Shown piece by piece: positions 28,608-39,754 of a stretch of DNA of 64,000 nucleotides (the stretch's first letter is position 1; each line of letters opens with the position of its first letter). Source of the stretch: Puniceicoccaceae bacterium. Its GTDB lineage: Bacteria; Verrucomicrobiota; Verrucomicrobiia; Opitutales; Oceanipulchritudinaceae. Under the pieces are notes generated by a model. That model did no database searches. It saw nothing but the letters and a program-made list of their open reading frames with translations, and was not told where the DNA came from. The stretch lies in assembly GCA_040830765.1 (NCBI GenBank), contig JBFOMH010000013.1:128001-192000 (forward strand), written 5' to 3'. A program made the translations under genes and the position numbers.

Positions 28608-30511
28608 TTCAAAATCCCCTCCAAAAATCCGCCGGCATAAGCACCGAACAGGACAAGGCCGACAAAGAACCACCAGACATAGGTGGAAACACTACCCGTG
28701 TGCAGGCGTCGGGCCACGATCCCGAGGAGGCCTGCAGCTCCGGCTGTCCCTCTGACCAGCACCCCGGAGATGACCAGGGTATCGAGGAAGCCGATGATGT
28801 CAGCCAGACGGTCCTGAACCTTCCTGATATAAAGCAGGTAAATCTCGTCGAAATAGAACCGTGATTTGGAAATCGCATAGACCGGCGGGAGGGTTGTCTC
28901 CAGTTTGTCGGTCTTGGCACCGGCCCCATAAATGACCCGGGCAAGGACAAGGCCAACAATCGAGGCCACTGCGGAAATAATGATCATCAACTGGTGGTCA
29001 GCGCCATGGGGATGGGGGACCCAATCATGGATGAGCACCTGCAGGGACGGAGGATACAGGATCAGGTAGCCACCACCGATGGAGAAGACCGCCAGTACCG
29101 CCAAGGGCAGGACAATCGTCCAGGGCGATTCGTGTGCCTTCTCGGCTGCCTTGCTCTTTGGCTTTCCAAGGAACGCGATGAAAAAGAGCCGGCCCATGTA
29201 GAGGGCAGTCAGCAGCGCGGTTCCCGTCAGCAGGTAGAAAGCCGGTGCACTGGTGGACTTGGCCACATAGAGGATGGCATCCTTGCTGAAGAAACCGGCC
29301 GCAATGAACGGCACCCCGGCAATGGCAATGACGCCCGCGGCAAAGGTGAGGGTAGTCAATGGCATCGTCTTGTAGAGTCCGCCCATCTTGAAGATGTCCT
29401 GCTCATGGTGGCAGGCATGGATGACTGAACCGGACCCGAGAAAGAGCAGCGCCTTGAAGAAGGCATGCGTTGTCAGGTGGAACATTGAGGCGCCGATACC
29501 GTAGTAGAGGGCAGTCTGGGCATCCCCCGCATGATGGAGGCCGTAGAGGGTCCCAAGGCCAAATCCGGCCACCATGTACCCCAGTTGCGACAAAGTCGAA
29601 TAGGCGAGGATCTTCTTGATGTCCCTCTGGGCAAAGGCCCATAGCGCCGCACTAACCGCTGTCACAACCCCGACCCAGGCGACGATGTGGAGGGCTTCCT
29701 CAGTAAAGAGGAAAAAGCTTCGCCCGAGAAAGTAGACACCGGCCGCGACCATGGTGGCGGCGTGGATAAGGGCGGAAATCGGAGTCGGGCCAGCCATGGC
29801 ATCCGGCAACCAGACATGAAGCGGCATCTGCGCGGACTTGCCGAGGACCCCGCAAAAGAGGAGCAGCCCCATCAGCGTAGTCACCGCTTCCGGTCGGATT
29901 CCGGCAGCTTGTTCCAGCTCAGTCAGGGAAACGGTCCCGAACGTCCAGTAGGTGATGATAATGCCGATAAGGAATCCAAAGTCCCCCACCCGGTTGACAA
30001 TAAAGGCTTTCTTGGCCGCCTGGGCTGCCTCATCCGTATGCAGGTAATGGCCGATCAGCATGTAGGAACTGAAGCCAACCAGTTCCCAGAAGATGAACAT
30101 CATGAAAAGATTGTCCGCGAGGACAATTCCCAGCATGGAGAACATGAAGATCGAGAGGCCTCCGAAGAAACGTCCCCGTGCCCCGTCATCGTTCATGTAG
30201 CCAACACTGAAGAGGTGAATCCAGAAGCCGACAAAGGCCACGATAAACAACATCAGCGCGCTGAGATCGTTGAGCAGGAAGCCGACGGACAACTTGAAAC
30301 TGCCCAGCGTAAGCCATTCCGTGCTCACCTCATAGGAAGCCCCATCCCAGAGGCCGAAGAAGAGCCAGCCACTGCAGAGGAGGATGACTCCAGCAGCACC
30401 GAGCGAGAGTGTCATTGCCAGGGCGGCCCGCTGGCGGGCAAACATCCAGATCAATCCGGCAGACACCAGCGGCGCCAGGAGGATTATGCTTAATACGGTT
30501 CCCAGTTCCAT
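28604..30511 (-). CDS. nuoL: NADH-quinone oxidoreductase subunit L
   Basis: KAFIVNRVGD, GKSAQMPLHVWLPDAMAGPTPISALIHAATMV, THAFFKALLFL. Confidence 0.96.
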   Translation of the reverse strand: MELGTVLSIILLAPLVSAGLIWMFARQRAALAMTLSLGAAGVILLCSGWLFFGLWDGASYEVSTEWLTLGSFKLSVGFLLNDLSALMLFIVAFVGFWIHLFSVGYMNDDGARGRFFGGLSIFMFSMLGIVLADNLFMMFIFWELVGFSSYMLIGHYLHTDEAAQAAKKAFIVNRVGDFGFLIGIIITYWTFGTVSLTELEQAAGIRPEAVTTLMGLLLFCGVLGKSAQMPLHVWLPDAMAGPTPISALIHAATMVAAGVYFLGRSFFLFTEEALHIVAWVGVVTAVSAALWAFAQRDIKKILAYSTLSQLGYMVAGFGLGTLYGLHHAGDAQTALYYGIGASMFHLTTHAFFKALLFLGSGSVIHACHHEQDIFKMGGLYKTMPLTTLTFAAGVIAIAGVPFIAAGFFSKDAILYVAKSTSAPAFYLLTGTALLTALYMGRLFFIAFLGKPKSKAAEKAHESPWTIVLPLAVLAVFSIGGGYLILYPPSLQVLIHDWVPHPHGADHQLMIIISAVASIVGLVLARVIYGAGAKTDKLETTLPPVYAISKSRFYFDEIYLLYIRKVQDRLADIIGFLDTLVISGVLVRGTAGAAGLLGIVARRLHTGSVSTYVWWFFVGLVLFGAYAGGFLEGILK

Positions 30512-30831
30512 CAGTGCTTCAACTCCGTGATTTCATCCAGCTCCACCGTTTGATGGCGGCGCCAGAGGGCAACGATGATTGCCAGGCCAACCGCCACCTC
30601 ACAGGCGGCTATGGCGATTATGAAAAGGACGAACAGGTTGCCTTCCATCAGTGGAGCGCCCGGCGTCGTGTTGTAGCGCGAAAAGGCGATCAAGGCCAGG
30701 ATGGCCGCACTCAGCATCAATTCGAGGCACATGAAAACAACAAGGGTGTTCTTGCGCAGCAGGACCCCGAAAAAGCCGATCGCAAAAAGGAGGACGGAAA
30801 CAAAGAGGTAATGCTCAAGGCCAATGGTCAT
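30511..30831 (-). CDS. nuoK: NADH-quinone oxidoreductase subunit K
   Basis: [17 protein letters not shown]. Confidence 0.95.
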   Translation of the reverse strand: MTIGLEHYLFVSVLLFAIGFFGVLLRKNTLVVFMCLELMLSAAILALIAFSRYNTTPGAPLMEGNLFVLFIIAIAACEVAVGLAIIVALWRRHQTVELDEITELKH

Positions 30832-31343
30832 TGTTCACCTCCAGTCTCATCGGATTCAAACTTCCGGCTCAGGACGATGACCCCCACCATGGCAATGAGG
30901 AGCATGAAGCCCGTCATCTGGAATGGCAGAAGGTAGGTCGTGAACAGGGAGACCCCGAAGGTCCGGGAAAGGTTGCCGGGGGCCTCGGCGGTGATTTCCG
31001 CAAACGGACCGGCTCCCCCACCGAAGATGAGGTAGTACCCGGCGAAGACCATCAGGGCGAAGGCCGCCAGGCTGGCCAGGAAGCGGAGGAGGCGCGGGTG
31101 CGGGCTGCTTCCGGCATCAATCAGCATGATGATGAAAAGGAAGAGGACGACAATCGCTCCGGCATAGACCAGGATCTGGAGAATCGCCAGGAAGTAGGTC
31201 TCGAGGAGCACAAATAGCGCGGCCAGACCCACGAATGAGACCATCATGTTCATCGCGGCGTTCACAGGCTTGCGGCTGGTTGCCACGAAAAAGGCCGGAA
31301 CAATGGTCAGGGCGGCAAAGAAGTGAAAGAGGATTTCTCTCAT
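30828..31343 (-). CDS. nuoJ: NADH-quinone oxidoreductase subunit J
   Basis: [20 protein letters not shown]. Confidence 0.93.
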   Translation of the reverse strand: MREILFHFFAALTIVPAFFVATSRKPVNAAMNMMVSFVGLAALFVLLETYFLAILQILVYAGAIVVLFLFIIMLIDAGSSPHPRLLRFLASLAAFALMVFAGYYLIFGGGAGPFAEITAEAPGNLSRTFGVSLFTTYLLPFQMTGFMLLIAMVGVIVLSRKFESDETGGEQ

Positions 31344-31412
31344 GATCGCTGGACGGTCATTAGAACACCGCAGTTGTTGTTTGGAAGGTAAAAGTCATGG
31401 CTGGAAAGTCGA

Positions 31413-31955
<543 letters not shown>

Positions 31956-31962
31956 GATGCGT

Positions 31963-33054
31963 TCAGAATTGTTCAATGAGGGCGATGACGACCGCGTAAA
32001 AGACGAGGTTGGCAATGGCCAGGGGGAGCAGCTTGCGCCAGCCGAGATCCATGACCTGGTCGTAACGGAAACGCGGAAGGGTCCAGCGGATCCACATGAA
32101 GAAGAAGACCAGCAGGAAGACCTTGAAAGCAAAGACAAGGACCGAGAGGGCGCCACCCACATAGCCGGCCGGATAGGTGACATAAGGAATGCTCCATCCG
32201 CCGAGGAAGAGGAGGACAAAAACCCCGGATCCGATGATGATGTGGGCGTATTCCCCGACGAAGAAAAGCCCGAACTTGAAAGCGCCGTACTCGGTGTTGT
32301 AGCCGGCGACCAGGTCCGTCTCTGATTCCGGCATGTCAAAGGGCAGCCGGTTGGTCTCGGCAAAGAGCGCGACCAGGAAAATCAAGGCAGAAAGTGGCTG
32401 GTAGAAGACGGTCCAAGATGGAATGAATCCGAAGAGCAGGTCTTCCTGTCCAAGAACAATGTCATAAAGGTTAAGCGTTCCCCCGAACCACATGAAGACC
32501 GGCAGCAGGGAAAGCCCCAGGGCCAGCTCATAGGATATCATCTGGGCGGAGGCGCGGATACCCCCGAGGAAGGGATACTTGGAATTGGCCGACCAACCAC
32601 CGAGGATGATCCCGTAGACCCCGAGGGAGGAGACCGCGAAAATGAAGAGGATTCCAATATCAAGATTCGCCAGGACCATCGGATTCTGGATGCCATCCTC
32701 ACCGGTGTAGACACCGAATGGCATCACCGTCATGGTGGTCATGGCGGGGATGAAGGCGACCAGGGGAGCCAGAACGTAATAAAAGGCATTCACATGCTTC
32801 GGGAATGGATCTTCCTTGAAGAGGAATTTCAACCCGTCAGCCATGGGCTGGAAAATCCCAATCCGGGTCAGGAAAGGACCGATTACCGGCAGACTGCCAA
32901 AGATGGGAATCTGTGTCCGGTTGGGTCCGGGGCGACCCTGGATGGCTGCCGCCACCTTGCGCTCCATCAGGACGGCGTAGGCCGCACCACCCATGACAAC
33001 GGATATCATGAGGACCGCCTTGGTCACCAGCCAGATTAAGTGTGTCAGATCCAT
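31963..33054 (-). CDS. nuoH: NADH-quinone oxidoreductase subunit H
   Basis: ERKV..QGRPGPNR, AQMISYE, AETNRLPFD, RWTLPRFRYDQ. Confidence 0.96.
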   Translation of the reverse strand: MDLTHLIWLVTKAVLMISVVMGGAAYAVLMERKVAAAIQGRPGPNRTQIPIFGSLPVIGPFLTRIGIFQPMADGLKFLFKEDPFPKHVNAFYYVLAPLVAFIPAMTTMTVMPFGVYTGEDGIQNPMVLANLDIGILFIFAVSSLGVYGIILGGWSANSKYPFLGGIRASAQMISYELALGLSLLPVFMWFGGTLNLYDIVLGQEDLLFGFIPSWTVFYQPLSALIFLVALFAETNRLPFDMPESETDLVAGYNTEYGAFKFGLFFVGEYAHIIIGSGVFVLLFLGGWSIPYVTYPAGYVGGALSVLVFAFKVFLLVFFFMWIRWTLPRFRYDQVMDLGWRKLLPLAIANLVFYAVVIALIEQF

Positions 33055-33059
33055 TGTTT

Positions 33060-34766
33060 TCAGGCCTCCGCTAGAGCTGTTTTGGGTTCAAAGTGCAATC
33101 CCTTGCCTTCGACAAAGGGGAGCTGGGCAAAGCGTTCATCACTGACCATCGCGCCGGTGGTAGGGATACTGGAGAAACTCATTCCCTTGAACTCGGGCAC
33201 GACCTGGCTCATTGATTCCCAGACAGCCGCCGGGGCAGGCTCCATAATCGCGTTGGGATTGAGCGCTTCGAGCAACTTGGTGAAGGTGCTGCACCCGAAG
33301 AGGACGTCCGCCGGCCCAGGAACGGCCTGGGCAAATTTCTGTACCCGGAACTGCTGGTTCACGAAGGTTCCCGACTTTTCAAAGGTTGTCAGGATAGGCA
33401 ATTCCACCTCGGAGTACTGGCCGCATTCAGCGTGATGGGTCCCCATGTAGATGATCTTCACCTTCTTCAGGACATCGACCGGGATTCCGGCAGAACAAAG
33501 GTCCTCGCCAGCAGCAAGGAGGGTCTTGATGGAGCCTTCGTTGATCAGGCTGACCAATTCGTCCAGCTTTTCCTCTGGCAGGGTCTTGATGAGCCCCGTC
33601 AGGAGAGCCCCGCGGACATTGGGATTGCGGTCAGCCGAAAGCAGGCGGCCGTCCCCTTCACCGTAACGACCAACCAGGTAAGTCGGTACCGGCCCATCCA
33701 ATTCTTTCCGGATGAGCGTCAGGAGATACTGTTCCTCCACACTCAGGCGTCCGCTGGCGACAATGCCCACCCCGCCCTTTTCGAGAAGGCGTCCCGCAGC
33801 GACCGAGATCGCTTCGGCGGCCTTTACCGGACGCCCCTCAATGGCGTACTGGTTGAGCCGGTCATCTGAGTCCACTGCCTTGTAGAGGGCCCGCCCGCTG
33901 TCCGGCATCCAGGTATCGTTGACCGCGTCGTTGCGGCGGGGCGAAATGCGGTAAATAGTCCCTTCCCGGCTACCAACGACCGTGTTGCAACCGACGCTGG
34001 ATTCGGTATCGATGGAGGGTGTCTCCTTGAGGAACCAAACCCGCATCCGGAACCGGAAGTCGGTCGAGGTCAACGCCCCAACGGGGCAGATGTCGACGGT
34101 GTTCAAAGAGTAATTGTTGTCCAGTTGGGTTCCCGGGAACGTGGTCAGCGTGGAATAAGATCCACGGTCGATGAAACCCAATACGGGATCCTCAACGATT
34201 TCCTCACAGAAGCGGATACAGCGGGAGCAAAGGATGCAGCGCTCATCGTCGAGCATGACTCTCGGCCCGAGGCGGGTCCGCTTGGGCTTGACGTTCTTCT
34301 GCTCAATGAAGCGGCTGTAGCCGCGGCCGTAATCCGTGGCAAATTCCTGCAGACGGCATTCGCCAGCCTGGTCGCAAATGGGGCAATCCAAAGGGTGATT
34401 GACGAGAAGGAACTCCATCACGCCTTCACGGCAGGACTTGACCGACTCCGAATCTGTCCGGACGTGCATTCCGGGGGAGACATTGGTGGCGCAACCGATA
34501 ACCGGCTTGGGAACCCACATGATTTTGGGGCTGCCATCTTCGTTGAGGAGCGGTTCACCAGTGGCGCGGTCGCGTCCCGGGGTTCCCATTTCGACAAGGC
34601 ACATCCGGCAGTTACCCGAAACCGATAATTTCGGATGGTAACAGTAGTGCGGGATTTCCTTGCCGACACTTTCGAGCGCGTCGACCAGGTTTACGCCGGC
34701 CGGCACTTCAGCTTCCGTGCCGTCGATGTAAATGGTGACTGTTTCGTTCTGTTTCGTTTCGCTCAT
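33060..34766 (-). CDS. nuoG: NADH-quinone oxidoreductase subunit G (short, 568 aa)
   Basis: IPHYCYH..GNCRMCLVE, NHPLDCPICDQAGECRLQ, RCILCSRC, DICPVGAL. Confidence 0.94.
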   Translation of the reverse strand: MSETKQNETVTIYIDGTEAEVPAGVNLVDALESVGKEIPHYCYHPKLSVSGNCRMCLVEMGTPGRDRATGEPLLNEDGSPKIMWVPKPVIGCATNVSPGMHVRTDSESVKSCREGVMEFLLVNHPLDCPICDQAGECRLQEFATDYGRGYSRFIEQKNVKPKRTRLGPRVMLDDERCILCSRCIRFCEEIVEDPVLGFIDRGSYSTLTTFPGTQLDNNYSLNTVDICPVGALTSTDFRFRMRVWFLKETPSIDTESSVGCNTVVGSREGTIYRISPRRNDAVNDTWMPDSGRALYKAVDSDDRLNQYAIEGRPVKAAEAISVAAGRLLEKGGVGIVASGRLSVEEQYLLTLIRKELDGPVPTYLVGRYGEGDGRLLSADRNPNVRGALLTGLIKTLPEEKLDELVSLINEGSIKTLLAAGEDLCSAGIPVDVLKKVKIIYMGTHHAECGQYSEVELPILTTFEKSGTFVNQQFRVQKFAQAVPGPADVLFGCSTFTKLLEALNPNAIMEPAPAAVWESMSQVVPEFKGMSFSSIPTTGAMVSDERFAQLPFVEGKGLHFEPKTALAEA

Positions 34767-34792
34767 TTCCTGAGATCTGTCATCGGCTCAAA

Positions 34793-36172
34793 TTAAACCA
34801 GCCGGAATGGCCGGACTTTCGCCTTTTCCGGATCCTCCTTCGCTTTCTCGACAAATTTATCGTGGAACTTCGCCACAAAGCTCTGGGTCGGCCAGGAACA
34901 GGCTTCCCCGTGGGCACAAATGGTCCGCCCGGCGATTTGATCGCCGATGGAAGCCAGCAGGTCGGCATCCTCCTCGCGGGCACCTCCATTGGCCATGCGG
35001 GTGGTGATTTTCTTCATCCACAGGGAGCCTTCCCGGCAGGGCGTGCACTGACCACAGCTCTCATGGGCATAGAAGGCATTGATGTTGGCCAGGACCTCGA
35101 CGATGTCCACGCTGTCATCAATGACGATGACTGCACCGGAGCCGGACATGGATCCGGCAGCCATGGGGCCGTCGAAATCCAATGGGACATCCTCGATGCC
35201 CCAGTTGAACGCCTCGCCATTTTTCAGCTTGCCGGTAAATCGTTCCCCGGCCCGCCAGACCTTGGCGGAGGAACCACCCGGAATGACGGCCTGCAGGGTT
35301 CGCCCTTCGCGGAGACCTCCGCCAATTTCAAAAATTAAATCCCCGTAGGTGAATTTGCCATTCTCCAGTTCGTAGTAACCGGGATTGCGGACCTGTCCAC
35401 TCAAGCACCAGATACGGGTCCCCGTATTGCCCGGTTTGCCGATCTGGGCGTAGTTCTTGCCCCCCATGTCGACGATATGCTTCACGTTGCAGAGGGTTTC
35501 GACGTTATTGACGATCGTCGGACACATGTAGAGCCCGAGGGCTGCTGGAAAATAAGGCGGCTTGATCCGCGGATAGGCCCGCTTTCCTTCAAGGGACTCA
35601 ATGAGGCCGGTTTCCTCCCCACAGATGTAGGCGGCGGCCCCGCGGTGGACGATGATGTCGCAGGAGTAGCCGGAGCCAAGGATGTTTTCCCCGACAAGGT
35701 TTTGCGCCCGGGCCTCCTCGATGGCGGCTTCGAGAATTTGCGCCCCAAGAGGCATTTCCTCGCGGATGTAGATGAACGCCAGGGCACAATTGGTGGCGAA
35801 TGCGGTCAGCATCATGCCTTCAATCAGCTGGTGCGGGTCCTTGTGGATGATCTGCCGGTCCTTGAAGGTCCCCGGCTCTGATTCGTCCGCATTGCAGATG
35901 AGATAGATCGGCTTGCCGCTCTTGCGGTCGAGGAACTTCCACTTCATGCCGGCCGGGAAACCGGCACCGCCCCGGCCACGGACTTCGGAATCCATCACTT
36001 CCTGACACAAGTCCTCCGGCTTGCGGTTGGCCACTGCCTCCTTCAGCACGTCGTAACCACCGTGACGCGTGTAGCAATCGATGGAAATGTCATATTCCGG
36101 ATCATCGGCATGCTTGAGGATGATGCGGCGCTCGCTGGGATGAATCTCGGTACTCTTGGGAACGGAAAACAT
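34793..36172 (-). CDS. nuoF: NADH-quinone oxidoreductase subunit F
   Basis: RGRGGAGFP, CNADESEPGTFKDR, YICGEETG, ESCGQCTPCREG. Confidence 0.96.
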   Translation of the reverse strand: MFSVPKSTEIHPSERRIILKHADDPEYDISIDCYTRHGGYDVLKEAVANRKPEDLCQEVMDSEVRGRGGAGFPAGMKWKFLDRKSGKPIYLICNADESEPGTFKDRQIIHKDPHQLIEGMMLTAFATNCALAFIYIREEMPLGAQILEAAIEEARAQNLVGENILGSGYSCDIIVHRGAAAYICGEETGLIESLEGKRAYPRIKPPYFPAALGLYMCPTIVNNVETLCNVKHIVDMGGKNYAQIGKPGNTGTRIWCLSGQVRNPGYYELENGKFTYGDLIFEIGGGLREGRTLQAVIPGGSSAKVWRAGERFTGKLKNGEAFNWGIEDVPLDFDGPMAAGSMSGSGAVIVIDDSVDIVEVLANINAFYAHESCGQCTPCREGSLWMKKITTRMANGGAREEDADLLASIGDQIAGRTICAHGEACSWPTQSFVAKFHDKFVEKAKEDPEKAKVRPFRLV

Positions 36173-36185
36173 ATGCCTGCACTCC

Positions 36186-36698
36186 TTAGGATTCAGTACC
36201 GGCTACTTCACCAGCCGGCGTCTCCTTCTTGATCTGTTCACAGATGGCTTCCACCTGCTCCTCATTGAGGTTCTCGTACAAAACGTCATCGACCATGGCC
36301 ACGGGTGCTGTCCCGCAACTGGCCAGACACTCGGCGAATTCCACCGTCACCCGGCCATCCGGGGAGATAGCGTCCAGTTCGGTACCGAAGGCTTCCTTGA
36401 AGGAATCGCAGACTTTGTAGCCGCCGTTGAGGGCGCAGGACAAGGTCCGGCAAACCCGGATATGGCGCTTTCCGATCGGCTTCTCCCGGTAGAACGGGTA
36501 AAAGGTCACCACCTCGCGAACCTGGATCGGGGTCAATTCAAGCTTGTCGGCAACCCATTCCTGAGCCTCCAGGGAAAGAAAACCAGCCTCCTTTTGGATG
36601 GCATGGAGGATCATCATGATGGCACTCCGCTTCTGCGGATAGCGTGCGATGACATCCTCGATGTATTTAAGTGTTTCAGCTGAAGGTTCAAATGCCAT
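36186..36698 (-). CDS. nuoE: NADH-quinone oxidoreductase subunit E
   Basis: VVTFY, VCRTLSC, ECLASCGTAP. Confidence 0.94.
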   Translation of the reverse strand: MAFEPSAETLKYIEDVIARYPQKRSAIMMILHAIQKEAGFLSLEAQEWVADKLELTPIQVREVVTFYPFYREKPIGKRHIRVCRTLSCALNGGYKVCDSFKEAFGTELDAISPDGRVTVEFAECLASCGTAPVAMVDDVLYENLNEEQVEAICEQIKKETPAGEVAGTES

Positions 36699-36718
36699 TG
36701 GAATCAATTCAAAGTCAG

Positions 36719-37954
36719 TTAGCGGTCACATTCCCCGAGGACGAAATCCAGGCTCCCCAGAAGCACCGGAATGTCAGGCACAATATGGCCAGGGACCATT
36801 TTCGGGAGGATGGACAGGTTACAAAAACTGGGGGAGCGGATCTTCATCCGGTAGGGAACGCCTCCGCCTTTGGAAACAATAAAGAAGCCAAGCGTGCCTT
36901 TCGGGTTTTCCGCCTCGAAATAGACCTCGCCGGGCGGCATCTGCGGCCCCTCGGTGACGATCATGAAATTCTGGATAAGCTCCTCCATGCTGCTGAGGAT
37001 CTTGTCCTTCGGCGGGGCATAAATCTTCTTCGCATCCTCGGCATACCAGGGACCTTCAGGCATCTTCTCCACTGCCTGCCGGATCAGACGGACACTCTGG
37101 CGCATTTCCTCGAGGCGGACCATCCAGCGATCGTAGCAATCACCGTTTGTCCCAATGGGGACATCAAAGTCATAATTTTCGTAACCAAGGTAGGGGGCAT
37201 CCTTGCGCAGGTCCATGGCCACCCCGGAAGCACGCAAGTTCGGTCCGCTGAGACCATAGGCAATTGCCTCCTCCTTGCTGATTACCCCAACATCCACTGT
37301 CCGGTCCCAGAAAATGCGGTTCCGGCTAAGCAGCTTGTCGATTTCCTCGATGATCGGCTCCAGCTCGTTCATCACCTTGAGGACATTGCCAAGCCAGCCA
37401 TCGGGAATATCCCGGGCAACACCACCAATCCGGGCATAGCTGGTAGTGAAACGGGCACCGGTCAGCTGCTCCAGGAGGGTGTAAAGCTTCTCCCGTTCCG
37501 TAAAGGTGTACATGAAGACGGTTAACGCACCGCAATCCATGCCGTAGACCCCGCATCCAAGCAAATGGCTCTGCAGACGGGCCAATTCACAGCAGATAAG
37601 TCGGATTGCCTGGCAGCGTTCGGGGGTTTCCAGCCCGGCCAGCTTTTCGACAGCCAGGGCAAAGGTGATGTTGTTGTGGATGGGTCCGATGTAGTCCAGC
37701 CGGTCCGTGTAGGGAACAAACTGGTTGTAGGTCATGTTCTCAGCGATCTTCTCATCCCCGCGGTGCAGATACCCGATTACCGGATCACAACCGGTAATGG
37801 TTTCACCGTCCAGCTCGACCCGCAGCCGCAACACGCCGTGGGTGGCCGGGTGGGACGGGCCGATGTTGATCATCATCTGATCACCATGAAACTCCTGCTC
37901 GGCTGCCGCGGAACGGGCCCCGATATCTCCAATGCTCACTTCCTTGATGGCCAT
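36719..37954 (-). CDS. nuoD: NADH-quinone oxidoreductase subunit D
   Basis: NIGPSHPATHGVLRL, GYLHRG.EK, DRLDY, terminal GECDR. Confidence 0.96.
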   Translation of the reverse strand: MAIKEVSIGDIGARSAAAEQEFHGDQMMINIGPSHPATHGVLRLRVELDGETITGCDPVIGYLHRGDEKIAENMTYNQFVPYTDRLDYIGPIHNNITFALAVEKLAGLETPERCQAIRLICCELARLQSHLLGCGVYGMDCGALTVFMYTFTEREKLYTLLEQLTGARFTTSYARIGGVARDIPDGWLGNVLKVMNELEPIIEEIDKLLSRNRIFWDRTVDVGVISKEEAIAYGLSGPNLRASGVAMDLRKDAPYLGYENYDFDVPIGTNGDCYDRWMVRLEEMRQSVRLIRQAVEKMPEGPWYAEDAKKIYAPPKDKILSSMEELIQNFMIVTEGPQMPPGEVYFEAENPKGTLGFFIVSKGGGVPYRMKIRSPSFCNLSILPKMVPGHIVPDIPVLLGSLDFVLGECDR

Positions 37955-37966
37955 TGCTAAATCCTG

Positions 37967-38623
37967 CTAGTGTTTGCCCCGAAGTTCGCGGGGAGGTCCC
38001 GAATCCTCGCCGGGGGTATCCCGGCGCTCATTGTGCTCATTCCATGATTCGTCGTCTGCCCGCGGCTCGCGGTCCACCATGGAGCCGGTTTGGGAGGCGT
38101 GGAAGGGGCCACCCATCATCGGGGCCGGCTCGACTGTTTTGCCAGTGGCCTCCACGAGATCTTCATCCGGAAACTCCACTTCCTTGCCGGCAAGGGGAAA
38201 TTCCTTGCGCAGCGGGTGATAAGGATAACTGTCCCACATCAGGATCCGGCGTAAATCGGGGTGCCCCTCAAACTGGATGCCGAACATGTCAAAGGCTTCC
38301 CGCTCATGCCAGTCAGCCGTGGCCCACAAATCGACGACACTCGGGCAAATCGGATCCGTTTCCCCGGCGCAGGGGGTCACTAGCCGCAGATACTCATGCC
38401 GCTCCGTGCTGTAAACATGATAGACGACTTCGAAGCGGGGGCTTTTGTCAAAATGGTCGATCACCGTAAGGTCGGAGAGGAAATCAAAATCATGCTCATC
38501 CCTCAGGTACCGAAGGAGCCCGACAATTTCTTCCTGCGGGCAATTGTAGGCCGGCCAGTCGGCACTCTCACGTTCAGTGAGGTAAGGGTGCGCCTCTTGG
38601 ATGGTTTGTGTGCGCGTATTCAT
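37967..38623 (-). CDS. nuoC: NADH-quinone oxidoreductase subunit C
   Basis: ADWHEREAFDMFGIQFEGHPDLRRILM..HPLRKEFPL. Confidence 0.95.
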   Translation of the reverse strand: MNTRTQTIQEAHPYLTERESADWPAYNCPQEEIVGLLRYLRDEHDFDFLSDLTVIDHFDKSPRFEVVYHVYSTERHEYLRLVTPCAGETDPICPSVVDLWATADWHEREAFDMFGIQFEGHPDLRRILMWDSYPYHPLRKEFPLAGKEVEFPDEDLVEATGKTVEPAPMMGGPFHASQTGSMVDREPRADDESWNEHNERRDTPGEDSGPPRELRGKH

Positions 38624-38631
38624 GGACCGCC

Positions 38632-39171
38632 TTATTTCTTTTGAAAGGTCAGATCGCGGACCGGTCGATTGCGGAACAGGTCGCGGGTCGAGGACTCGTT
38701 CTTGATTTTCTCCTGGAGCCGCATCATGCCATCAAGCAGGGCTTCCGGGCGCGGCGGGCAACCGGAAATATAGATATCAACCGGAACGATGCGGTCCACT
38801 CCCTGCAGGGTGGCGTAGGAGCGATACATCCCACCGGAGGAGGCACAGGCACCCATGGCCACAACCCACTTTGGTTCCGCCATCTGGTCGTAAATGCGCC
38901 GCACGACCTGGGCCATCTTGTAGGTGACCGTTCCGGCAACAATCATACAGTCGCTCTGACGCGGGGAAAACCGCATCACTTCCATTCCAAAGCGGGAAAT
39001 ATCGAACCGGGATCCACCGGATGACATCAGTTCAATGGCGCAACAGGCGAGGCCCATCGGCATCGGCCATACGGAGTGGCGCCGGATCCAGTTGATGACG
39101 GCATCCGAGCGTGAGACGATAACTTCTCCCTCGATTTTGCTGTTGTAGGCGTAATCGCTGGTGGTGGTCAT
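38632..39171 (-). CDS. nuoB: NADH-quinone oxidoreductase subunit B
   Basis: [30 protein letters not shown]; start at ATG 39171. Confidence 0.96.
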   Translation of the reverse strand: MTTTSDYAYNSKIEGEVIVSRSDAVINWIRRHSVWPMPMGLACCAIELMSSGGSRFDISRFGMEVMRFSPRQSDCMIVAGTVTYKMAQVVRRIYDQMAEPKWVVAMGACASSGGMYRSYATLQGVDRIVPVDIYISGCPPRPEALLDGMMRLQEKIKNESSTRDLFRNRPVRDLTFQKK

Positions 39172-39350
39172 AAAATTTGCCTCTTGGGGGGTTCTAAAGA
39201 CCAGCAAGGTGCAGATGCTTAACGTTAATGGCAAGCATGTATAAATTAAGTGGTCAAGAAAGCTGCTGTCCGGCCTGAAAACCCCGTTCAAGGTAACCGG
39301 AACTTCCCAAAAAACAGAATAAATGGTAGGTCTTTGTTCTCCTATCGATT

Positions 39351-39752
39351 ATGAAAAAGACATACCTTTCCTGGGGGCTCCGCCTGGTGGCCGCCGTCAT
39401 TCTCCTCCAGACCCTTTATTTCAAGTTTACCGGGGCTCCGGAATCCGTGGCCATCTTCACCCAGCTCGGCCTTGAGCCACACGGCAGGATTGGTATCGGG
39501 ATCGCCGAGCTGATTGCCTCCGTCCTCCTGCTTTTGCCCGCCACCGTCGCGCTGGGGGCGCTGCTCGGAACAGGCCTGATGGCCGGAGCACTCATGAGTC
39601 ACCTTACCGAACTCGGTTTTGCCGGGGAAATGCTCTCCCTCAGCCTCCTCGCGCTGCTGGTCTTTGTCTGCTGCGTGGCGGTTCTTTTCCTTCACCGCAA
39701 GGAGGTTCCATGGATAGGGCAATTCCTCGACCGCGACAGCGGCGCGGAGTAA
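39351..39752 (+). CDS. DoxX family membrane protein
   Basis: ILLQTLYFKFTGAPESV.IF..LG.EP.GRIG.G.AEL..M.GA..SH. Confidence 0.85.
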   Translation: MKKTYLSWGLRLVAAVILLQTLYFKFTGAPESVAIFTQLGLEPHGRIGIGIAELIASVLLLLPATVALGALLGTGLMAGALMSHLTELGFAGEMLSLSLLALLVFVCCVAVLFLHRKEVPWIGQFLDRDSGAE

Positions 39753-39754
39753 CC

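Noticed and set aside
31956..32363. Upstream extension of the nuoI ORF
   Set aside because: Out-of-frame overlap with nuoH; the real start is ATG 31955.
33060..34766. Short NuoG as a truncated pseudogene
   Set aside because: The N-terminal Fe-S motifs and a C-terminal EKSGTFVN motif are intact, and spacing to nuoH is tight, consistent with a naturally compact subunit.
39172..39291. Extension of the nuoB ORF as a possible nuoA remnant
   Set aside because: Only 40 codons, with no NuoA motif (e.g. YECG, FDVE).
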